From Myxococcales bacterium (GTDB taxonomy: Bacteria; Myxococcota_A; UBA9042): a stretch of DNA of 33,243 nucleotides. Of the stretch, positions 17,726 to 25,211 are shown in pieces (position 1 is the first letter of the stretch; the number at the start of each line of letters is the position of its first letter). The notes below the pieces were generated by a model, which was not told the DNA's origin, ran no database searches, and worked only from the letters and a program-made list of their open reading frames with translations. The stretch is from assembly GCA_037441385.1 (NCBI GenBank), contig JBBISH010000073.1:1-33243 (forward strand). The letters run 5' to 3'. The position numbers were made by a program, and so were the translations under genes.

Positions 17726-17756
17726 ACCTCGCTGCGCGCACGTGTCGCTGACGCGG
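17726..17756 (+). repeat. isolated copy of the 3' end of the 243-bp element
   Basis: 30/31 identical to 16960-16990. Confidence 0.88.
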
Positions 17757-17772
17757 TCCCGCCCCAACCGCC

Positions 17773-18921
17773 TCACGGACAGTTCGCGAACGGCCCGCTT
17801 GGAACCTTCACGAACCCTTTGGCCGGGTAGCATGGCGTGACGCACCAGTCGCCGCTGGGCTGCCACATCAGGTTTTTGCCGGCCTGGCACGACAGGCCCG
17901 ACTGGTGGCACGCCTGCAGCACCGGCTTGCTGCCGCCGTTCAGCGTATTGGGCCACCAGACCTTGCCTGCAAACCACAGGTCGCCCTCGTAGAGGGGGAC
18001 GCCCGTGATCTCCGCAGCTTTCTGCCCCTGGATGAACACCGCGACCGAAGCCTTGGACAGGCCAAAGCCGTTGTCGCTCTGGTAGTGCACGCCTACAGCG
18101 TAGGCGACCGGGTCGGCCGGCGTGCCTTCGGGGCCCTTCATGCGCGCGAATTCCGGTCCGGCGCCGTCTTGGTCTTCGATGTCCATCTCGGGATTGTCGA
18201 GTACGCTGCCCACGTCGCCCCACTCGGGCAAGTAGTTGAACCAGAAGCAGTCAAAGGGGTTGCTGAACCATGGGTCGGGCGCGCCGTCGCAGTCCAGGTC
18301 CGGCTGGGCGGCCATCTCGTGGGCAAGGTGCAAGTCCAGGTCCGTACCGGCGCCCGGTCCTGTGTCGCTCTGGTCGGCGTCGGCCGGCGTGTCCCACAGC
18401 AGCTGGACGTACAGGGCGGCATTGGGCACCACCTCGACGGTTTGGCAGGCCGGGGCGCAGCTCGGCTGACCCAGGTCGTCCCATACGCTCAGGCAGAACG
18501 TGTAGGTGCCCGCCGCGGTGACCAGCATCGAGGCCTTGGCCGGCGACGAAGTGGGCAGGAATTTCTGCCACGAGCCACCGGGTTGCGTGGCCTCCCACAT
18601 GTACTTGCCCACGGACTTGCCTTGGGCCGAGGCCTTGGACCCGCTGCCGTCCAGGTGCAGGGTCGTCCACGGCACCACCGCCTCGCCTTCGGCCACTGTC
18701 ACCACAGGTTGTGCTTGCGGGCACGGCGGCGCGGGCGCGGCGTCGGCGGTCGAATCTGCTGCCATCGCGTCGGCCGTCGAGTCCGCGCCCTCGGTGTCGG
18801 CGGTGATGTCGGCTGGAGCGCTGGAAATGTCCCCGGCGCCGGCCTTGGACGACGGGGCGGGCGCGCAGGCGGCCACTGTCGCGGCAGCAAGAAAGGCAAC
18901 GATTTTGTCAAGATTGCCCAT
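17773..18921 (-). CDS. lipoprotein with PKD/Ig-like domain and DLDLH-containing C-terminal domain
   Basis: GAGGAG RBS; lipobox VAAC; LDGSGS...YMW...AGTYTFCLSVWD; LLWDT...TDLDLHL...DGAGPE. Confidence 0.8.
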   Translation of the reverse strand: MGNLDKIVAFLAAATVAACAPAPSSKAGAGDISSAPADITADTEGADSTADAMAADSTADAAPAPPCPQAQPVVTVAEGEAVVPWTTLHLDGSGSKASAQGKSVGKYMWEATQPGGSWQKFLPTSSPAKASMLVTAAGTYTFCLSVWDDLGQPSCAPACQTVEVVPNAALYVQLLWDTPADADQSDTGPGAGTDLDLHLAHEMAAQPDLDCDGAPDPWFSNPFDCFWFNYLPEWGDVGSVLDNPEMDIEDQDGAGPEFARMKGPEGTPADPVAYAVGVHYQSDNGFGLSKASVAVFIQGQKAAEITGVPLYEGDLWFAGKVWWPNTLNGGSKPVLQACHQSGLSCQAGKNLMWQPSGDWCVTPCYPAKGFVKVPSGPFANCP

Positions 18922-18961
18922 GTGACTCCTCGCAAGCGCGGCCCCGTGGCCAGACCGCCGA

Positions 18962-19387
18962 CTAGCCCACCACCGCCGCCACCACACTTGCCAAGACTGC
19001 CAGCGCCAGCGGCACCAGTACAGCCAAATTCGCCAGCAAGCTCAGCCAGGTCCACAGCGTGCGCGGCCGTTCGGCAAACGCCATGAGGCTCGCACCCAGC
19101 CCCACGAGGGCTGCGGCCGCTGCCACGCCGACGGCCGCCAAGCCCGCGCCGGCCAAGACGATGAGCGAGCCGAGGCCCGCCCACTCGCCACCTGCGTGCT
19201 CTGCCGGTTCGGCCAAGCGCTGGAACAGGAGATAGCCAGCGATGGTCCCGGCGAGCGGCAACACCAAGCCGATCCACGCGCCAGCGGGGGTTCGCGCGGG
19301 CTTGGGCCCTGGCTCGGGTTCCGGCCCTGGCTCGGGTTCCGGCCCCGGCTCCGGTGCCAGTGCGACAGGGGCAGGCTCGTCGCTCAT
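18962..19387 (-). CDS. hypothetical membrane protein with N-terminal PEPGPE repeats
   Basis: GGGAG RBS; three hydrophobic segments; 18-bp tandem unit near 19305-19352. Confidence 0.7.
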   Translation of the reverse strand: MSDEPAPVALAPEPGPEPEPGPEPEPGPKPARTPAGAWIGLVLPLAGTIAGYLLFQRLAEPAEHAGGEWAGLGSLIVLAGAGLAAVGVAAAAALVGLGASLMAFAERPRTLWTWLSLLANLAVLVPLALAVLASVVAAVVG

Positions 19388-19586
19388 GCTTCGACTCCCG
19401 GGCGCAAACCAGCGCGGCTTCCCCGACCACTCGGACGATACGCCGCGGCGGCGCAAGGGTCCAGCGCCGATTGGTCAAGGGGGCGTCCAGGACACAATGC
19501 GTTGACCCTCTTGGGGGAATAGGGACGGGCGGTGGACAAGTCCGGTGGCGCGGTGCTACGGTCGCGCCCACCCTGCGGAGCTGCCC

Positions 19587-19943
19587 ATGGACAAGCCCAA
19601 TGCTGACACCGTCGCCTGGTACGAGCGCTTGGTGCCCACCGACCCCCGCGCCGAAAAAGGCCAGATGTTCGGCTGCCCTTGCGCCTTTGTGGCCGGCAAT
19701 CTGTTCTTTGGCACCTTTGCCCAGACCCTGATTGCGCGGGTGGGCGAAGTCCGCGCGGCTGAGCTGGTCCGCCCCGGCGTGCAGGTGTTCGAGCCGATGC
19801 AAGGCCGCGCCTGGAAGGAATATCTGCAGTTCCAGCCGGGTGCGACCCACGACGCGGAATTGGCCAAGCTGGCCCAAGAAGCGCTGGAGGCGACGGCGCA
19901 GCTGCCAGCCAAGGCCAACAAAGGCAAGAAGGCCGCCAAGTAG
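19587..19943 (+). CDS. TfoX/Sxy N-terminal-domain family protein
   Basis: GQMFGCPCAFVAGNLF...FEPMQGRAWKEY; GGAG RBS. Confidence 0.8.
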   Translation: MDKPNADTVAWYERLVPTDPRAEKGQMFGCPCAFVAGNLFFGTFAQTLIARVGEVRAAELVRPGVQVFEPMQGRAWKEYLQFQPGATHDAELAKLAQEALEATAQLPAKANKGKKAAK

Positions 19944-19949
19944 GCCGAC

Positions 19950-20723
19950 ATGCTGCGCGATCCCGTCTTGGCGACCTGGCTGCACCTCGGCCTGGAGTAC
20001 GCCGGGATCGGCGTGGGGGCCGCCCTGTACCGGCGGGCGCGTCGCCGTGGCGGGCTGCCCGCGCTGCACGCGCCCAAGGCGTTTGCCGTCACCGCGGGGC
20101 TGCTGCTGGGCGCCGCGCTGGGCAACAAGCTGGTTTTCCTGGTCGAGCGCCCGGACTTGCTGGCGGCGTGGTGGCGCGAGGGCACCCCGTTTGCGTTGGG
20201 GCAGTCGATGGTCGGCGGCCTCCTGGGCGGGCTGGTGGGCACCGAGCTGGCCAAGCGCTGGACTCGCCAACCGCAGTCGACGGGCGACCTGCTGGTGCTG
20301 CCGGTGACGGTGGGGCTGATCATCGGGCGAATCGGCTGTTTTCTCGCCGGTTTGCAGGATGATACTCACGGGCTACCCACCGCCTTGCCCTGGGGCCTGG
20401 ACCTGGGCGACGGCGTGCCCCGCCACCCGACGTCGCTCTACGAGATCTCCTTCGTCATCCCCCTTTGCGGCCTGCTCCACGCGTTCCGCAATCGGCTCGT
20501 GGCGGTGCCCGGGCTGCAGTGGAAGCTGTTCCTGACCGGTTATCTGCTGTGGCGGGCCTGGGTCGACGGTCTGAAGCCCGTGCCAGTGGAATATCCTGGG
20601 GGTCTGTCGGGTATTCAAGTGACGTGCGGGCTGGCTTTGGCGGCCTACCTGCCGGTCGTGCTCCGAGCCGCGGGTCGGCTTGGGTCGCTTTCTCGACCGC
20701 GGAGAAGTCCATGGGGATCTTGA
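19950..20723 (+). CDS. prolipoprotein diacylglyceryl transferase (Lgt)-like membrane protein, divergent
   Basis: SMVGGLLGG, GRIGCFLAG, G.PT.LPWG, RHPTSLYE; multiple TM segments. Confidence 0.8.
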   Translation: MLRDPVLATWLHLGLEYAGIGVGAALYRRARRRGGLPALHAPKAFAVTAGLLLGAALGNKLVFLVERPDLLAAWWREGTPFALGQSMVGGLLGGLVGTELAKRWTRQPQSTGDLLVLPVTVGLIIGRIGCFLAGLQDDTHGLPTALPWGLDLGDGVPRHPTSLYEISFVIPLCGLLHAFRNRLVAVPGLQWKLFLTGYLLWRAWVDGLKPVPVEYPGGLSGIQVTCGLALAAYLPVVLRAAGRLGSLSRPRRSPWGS

Positions 20724-21070
20724 TCTTGCTGGCTGGAGTGGCTCTTGCCCTTGGTCTGGCGGCCGCCTTGGCGCGCCGCCTGGATCTGCCGGTGGGGGAC
20801 CAGGCGCCGGGCAGTGCGGGCCGCAAAATGGCCTTGATTCTCCTGGCGGTGCTGACCGCGGGCCTGGGGGTCTGCGGCGGCGCCGGCACCCTTGTCGGGG
20901 TGATCGACCAAATGCAGCCCAGGCACCGCGGCGATTTGGACCTGGGCCCCCTGTTCCTGACTGCGGGAGTAGCGGGGCTGCTGGCTGCGGGCCTGGGCCT
21001 GGGCCTGCTGTGGCGGCTCCGCGGCCGACCGCGGAACCCGCCCGTCCCTGGGTCTGGCGACCCGCCTTAA
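20711..21070 (+). CDS. small hypothetical membrane protein
   Basis: GGAG RBS; three hydrophobic segments; overlaps the Lgt-like stop. Confidence 0.65.
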   Translation: MGILILLAGVALALGLAAALARRLDLPVGDQAPGSAGRKMALILLAVLTAGLGVCGGAGTLVGVIDQMQPRHRGDLDLGPLFLTAGVAGLLAAGLGLGLLWRLRGRPRNPPVPGSGDPP

Positions 21071-21231
21071 GTCAGGGCCGGTTCGCAAGATCACTATGAT
21101 TTTGTTCAGAAGTGTCTGCGCGCGGCGAGCGACTTTGCATGACTTCGCACCCGGCAGTCTGCCCTTGCGCGCGACGTCGGCCCAGTTCACCATCGTGGTG
21201 CGGCGGCAATTGCCGGCCAGGAGCGTCTGGG

Positions 21232-22257
21232 ATGACTCAGCCTTCGCTCGCAAGACGAATCGGGGCGTCGGCACTGCGAATTGCGCTGATGTTGGCCGCG
21301 TCGGCGTTGCTCATGCTGGGCTGGCTGGGCTTGATGACCTGCATGCCAGGCAGTGCCAATCCCGGCCCCCTGCCGCCGCTGGACCCGACCGGCCAGGCGC
21401 TTCGCGAGGCACTGCGGGCCGACGTCACCTACCTGGCCGAGACGATTGGCGAACGCAGCCTGCGCGTCCCAACCCAGCTTCAGGCTTCGGCCGACTGGCT
21501 GACCGTGCAACTGCGCGATGCCGGCTGGAGTGTCCGCGAGCTGCCGTACACCTGCCGCGGCCAGCGCGTGCGCAACCTGGTGGCCGAGCGGCGCGGCACG
21601 TTGCTGCCAGGCGAAATCGTCGTTCTGGGGGCGCACTACGACTCGGTCGAGCGGAGCCCCGGCGCCGACGACAATGCCTCGGGCGTGGCGGGGCTGCTCG
21701 CGGTCGCCCGCGCCCTGGGCCGAGTCGAGTTGGCCCGCACCGTGCGCCTGGTCGCCTTTGTCAACGAAGAACCGCCGTGGTTCCGCGGCCCTTTGATGGG
21801 AAGCCGCATCGTCGCCAGCGCGTTCCTCCAGGCCGGCGATCAGCTGCACGACGTCTTGGTGCTCGACGCCATCGGCTACTACTGCAGCGGCGATTGCCAG
21901 GCCTACCCGCCGCCGCTCAGCCTGTTCTACCCCAGCGAGGGCCGGTTCGTGGCCTTTGTGGGCCGCATTCAGGACTGGTGGCGGCTGCGGCGCACCGTCG
22001 GCCTGTTTCGCGAGGCTGTGCCGATGCCCAGTGAGGGACTCGCCGCGCCGCGGCTGGTGCCGGGCATCGACTACTCGGATCACCTGGCGTTTTGGGACGT
22101 CGGCTATCCGGGCCTGCTGATCACCGATGCGCCGACCTACCGCAACCCCGGCTACCACCGCTCGTCGGACCTGCCGGCGACGTTGGACTGGGAGCGGCTG
22201 ACCTGGGTCACGCGCGGCCTGGTCGCGCTGGTGCGGCAACTGGCCACGCACCCCTAA
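21232..22257 (+). CDS. M28-family metallopeptidase
   Basis: GAHYDS, PGADDNASG, FVNEEPP, YSDH, RNPGYH..SD; N-terminal TM segment; AGGAG RBS. Confidence 0.9.
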   Translation: MTQPSLARRIGASALRIALMLAASALLMLGWLGLMTCMPGSANPGPLPPLDPTGQALREALRADVTYLAETIGERSLRVPTQLQASADWLTVQLRDAGWSVRELPYTCRGQRVRNLVAERRGTLLPGEIVVLGAHYDSVERSPGADDNASGVAGLLAVARALGRVELARTVRLVAFVNEEPPWFRGPLMGSRIVASAFLQAGDQLHDVLVLDAIGYYCSGDCQAYPPPLSLFYPSEGRFVAFVGRIQDWWRLRRTVGLFREAVPMPSEGLAAPRLVPGIDYSDHLAFWDVGYPGLLITDAPTYRNPGYHRSSDLPATLDWERLTWVTRGLVALVRQLATHP

Positions 22258-22265
22258 GTAGGTGC

Positions 22266-22369
22266 TGGGGGCACTCTGCCCCCAACCCCCCTGAGGGCGA
22301 CCGTTACCCGGCCGCCGTTCAACATGCCGATGTTTCATCGATTCCGGGTGACTGGCGGGCATGTTGAAC
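22266..22369. other. structured intergenic segment
   Basis: TGGGGGCA/TGCCCCCA hairpin; perfect 12-bp inverted repeat GTTCAACATGCC/GGCATGTTGAAC. Confidence 0.5.
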
Positions 22370-22477
22370 TAGAACCGCAACCCAATAGGACGAAGACCAC
22401 GTGACCCTCCAACACCGACGAAACCCCAACCTTTCTCGCGGCATCGCCCGTGTACCGGACGCCAAGCTGGGGGTGAC

Positions 22478-23374
22478 ATGCCTGATTCCAAGCGCCTGAA
22501 TGCCTGGAGCAAGCGCCTTGTCCTCGCCTGTACCCTGGTCTGGTTCGGCCTCTCCGGCGTCGTAACCTGGACCCTGACCCACCGCGAGCGGCCGGCCCAA
22601 CCTGAGCGCCTGCCGCCGGGTTGGAGTCAGGGCGTGGAACCCTTGCGGCTGCGCGCCGACGACGGGGTGGAGCTGGGCGCCTGGTGGCATGCTGGCGCCG
22701 TGAATCAACCCGTGGTCGTCCTGCTCCACGGCAACGGCGGCTCGCGTTCGCGCCTGGTCGGCACCCAGACGCTGCTGCAAGATCAAGGGCTTTCGGTGCT
22801 GTCGCTGACCCTGCGCGCCCACGGCGACTCGGGCGGCGACCTGAACGACATCGGCTACAGCGCCCAGCGCGACGTGGCGGCGGCGCTGCGCTGGCTGCGC
22901 GAGCATCACCCCGGGCAACCCGTTGTGCTCTTTGGGCAATCGCTGGGGGCGGCCGCTGCGGTGTTTGCGGCGGCGCGGCCCGACGTGGCGGTGGCGGGGC
23001 TGTGGCTAGAGTGCCCCTACCGCGACCTGGCGACCGCTGTGGACGACCGCTTGCGCCTGCACCTGCCCGCGCTGCTGCGGCCGTTTGCCTGGGCCGGGCT
23101 GCGGCTGTGGTCGCTGGCGCTGCTGCCCCACTTGGCCGACATCGCACCCGCAGCCGCGATGGCCAAGGTGCCGCCGCAGCTGCCGGTGTGGGTGTTGGCG
23201 GGCGGCCAGGACCAGCAGGCTCCAGTCGATGGTGCTCGCGCTGTACTCGGCAACCACTTGGGCAAGCTGGTGGTTTTTCCAACTGGTGCCCATCTGGGGC
23301 TGCGCCTGGCTGACGAGGCGACTTGGCTGCGCGAGTGGCAGGCGTTCTTGGCGGCGGCGGGCAAATCGGGCTAG
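22478..23374 (+). CDS. alpha/beta-fold hydrolase
   Basis: LLHGNGG, HGDS, nucleophile elbow GQSLG, GGQD, GAH. Confidence 0.88.
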   Translation: MPDSKRLNAWSKRLVLACTLVWFGLSGVVTWTLTHRERPAQPERLPPGWSQGVEPLRLRADDGVELGAWWHAGAVNQPVVVLLHGNGGSRSRLVGTQTLLQDQGLSVLSLTLRAHGDSGGDLNDIGYSAQRDVAAALRWLREHHPGQPVVLFGQSLGAAAAVFAAARPDVAVAGLWLECPYRDLATAVDDRLRLHLPALLRPFAWAGLRLWSLALLPHLADIAPAAAMAKVPPQLPVWVLAGGQDQQAPVDGARAVLGNHLGKLVVFPTGAHLGLRLADEATWLREWQAFLAAAGKSG

Positions 23375-23385
23375 GCTTGAGGCTC

Positions 23386-24402
23386 CTACTTCCCCCGCTG
23401 CTTCGGGTTCTTGGTCTTGGCCGGGTCCGCCGTCGCCACGGTAAAGTCGATGTCGCCAGGGCCAGTCATGGCCCGCTGCACCACCAGTTGCCGCACCCAG
23501 CGGATGCCGGGCTGGGCCAGCCACGCCACGAACAGCCGCGCCGGCTGCACGTTGTAGCGGTAGTCGCGGTTGTGGCGCCAGGCCGCAAGGCTGCGCACGA
23601 TCAGGCTCTTTTCGTCGTAGGGCAGCGCGCTCAGGTTGGTGCGGAAGGCTGGGCCGTAGCGCCAGTACTCCTCGGCGTTGCTCAGGTACACTACCCGCAG
23701 GGTCACGCCCAGCTCGCGCGCCGCCTTGGCGATGCCGGCCAGCCCCACCGTACCCAGCAGGTTGGCCGAGAGCGGCCGAATGCGCCCGCCCTGCCACAGC
23801 CCGCGGACGTGCTCGTAAGTGGCGGTGTCGTCCAGGAAACTGCTCACGCCGTGGCGCTGGCCGTCGCCCAGCAGGTGCCGCAGCCGCTGCAGGACCCGAC
23901 CGCGCTGCTGGCGGTACAGGCGCTGTAAGTGCTCGATGCGCTTGGGCTCGCCGGGCGTCGCCGCGATCGCCTGCAGGGCCGCCGCTTGCCCCGCCGGGCG
24001 CCACAGGTCCCAGAACTGCGCCGGGGTCGCCGCTGCCACAAAGAACGCGCGGTACAGGGCGTGCATGTCCAGCACCAGCGGGTCGTAGTCGATGAGCCAG
24101 GCGATTTCAGCACGTTGCCAGCCCATCAGCAGGTAGGCCTGCTCGGCACCCACGCCCAGGTAGCCGCCGCCCAGCCCCGCCACCGGCGCGTGCCAGACAT
24201 GCGGCGTGCCCTCGTCGCCGGTCAGGTAGTGGGCGCCCTCGAAGCGCTTTTCGGTCCCCAGCAGCTTCTGCGCTGGCGGATCTTCGGGCGATGCCAGAAA
24301 TTTGGTGCGGGCCTCGGCGGCCAGCGGCTCCAGCGCCTGCGCCGGCAGTGCGGTCAGGCACGCCAGCCCCACCAGCCAGACCAGCAGCAGCCCGCGCCAC
24401 AC
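23386..24402 (-). CDS. secreted hypothetical protein
   Basis: signal peptide ending AQA; GGGYLGVG..Q...IDYD and YLSNAEEY motifs; GTG start directly after the upstream stop. Confidence 0.75.
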   Translation of the reverse strand: MWRGLLLVWLVGLACLTALPAQALEPLAAEARTKFLASPEDPPAQKLLGTEKRFEGAHYLTGDEGTPHVWHAPVAGLGGGYLGVGAEQAYLLMGWQRAEIAWLIDYDPLVLDMHALYRAFFVAAATPAQFWDLWRPAGQAAALQAIAATPGEPKRIEHLQRLYRQQRGRVLQRLRHLLGDGQRHGVSSFLDDTATYEHVRGLWQGGRIRPLSANLLGTVGLAGIAKAARELGVTLRVVYLSNAEEYWRYGPAFRTNLSALPYDEKSLIVRSLAAWRHNRDYRYNVQPARLFVAWLAQPGIRWVRQLVVQRAMTGPGDIDFTVATADPAKTKNPKQRGK

Positions 24403-25119
24403 CTACAGCAACTCCATCAAACGCTTGGCAAACAGATAGGCGTCGCCCGGCCAGCGCGCCGAGACGTACTTGCCGTCCTGTACCACGAACGCCGCGCGGT
24501 CGTCCTGGTCGCTGCCGCGGGTGGTCAGGTGCCATGGCCCGCGCACGAACGCCCCGGTTTCGCCCGCCGCCGCCCGCACTTCCGCCTCGACGTACTGGGG
24601 ATAGGTGCGGTAGTACTTGCCCAGCTTCCAGGCGGTCAGCCAGTAGGCGGTGCGCTCCATATACGCGGGCAGACAGGCCGTTTTGCGCCCTTGCAGCACC
24701 CCCGCACGCGCCGCCAGCACCGGACCGTGGCAAATCGCCGCCCATGGCCGGTCCAGCGCCACGAATTCGCGAACTTTGTTCTGCAGTTCTTCGCTGCCCA
24801 GGTACTGCTTCATGCCTGGCGCGTGCCCGCCCGCCAGCACCATCGCATCAAACTCGCGCACGTCCAGGTTGCCCCACGCCCGCGGCTGGCGGAACTCGGG
24901 CGCCTGCTCCAGCTCGCGGTAGAAAGCGATGGGCTCGGGCTCGGCGCCCAGCTGGCCGAACAGCACCCCGGTCAGCAGCAGCGGGTCGGCCGCCGCCGTG
25001 TCACCCCGCTCGGTCGCAAAGACCACTTGATGACCAGCGCGGGTAAAAACCTTCCACGGTACGGCCACTTCGGTGACGTCGAAGTCGCGGTCGGGCAGGG
25101 GCATCCAAATCGTGGCCAT
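24403..25119 (-). CDS. DJ-1/PfpI (type 1 glutamine amidotransferase-like) protein
   Basis: DFDVTEVAVPW, LAGGH, AAICHG, VSARWPGD. Confidence 0.9.
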   Translation of the reverse strand: MATIWMPLPDRDFDVTEVAVPWKVFTRAGHQVVFATERGDTAAADPLLLTGVLFGQLGAEPEPIAFYRELEQAPEFRQPRAWGNLDVREFDAMVLAGGHAPGMKQYLGSEELQNKVREFVALDRPWAAICHGPVLAARAGVLQGRKTACLPAYMERTAYWLTAWKLGKYYRTYPQYVEAEVRAAAGETGAFVRGPWHLTTRGSDQDDRAAFVVQDGKYVSARWPGDAYLFAKRLMELL

Positions 25120-25211
25120 GGCAATCCGTCGCAGTAGTGCTGGACCAGGGTAGCGGCGGCCGCCGGTCCAGGTCAATGCGCTCGGCCCGCAGATCGGTCA
25201 AGTGCTTGCGG

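Noticed and set aside
19305..19352. 18-bp tandem repeat
   Set aside because: An in-frame Pro/Glu linker in a coding sequence; unremarkable.
22291..22430. Possible hammerhead ribozyme (CTGA…GAAAC)
   Set aside because: The core reads CTGAGGG rather than CTGANGA, and the required stems could not be built.
24400..24405. In-frame TAG junctions suggesting read-through fusions (also at 5153, 10302 and 19943)
   Set aside because: Each downstream gene has its own start, the fusions make no functional sense (for example an internal signal peptide), and the count is compatible with chance.
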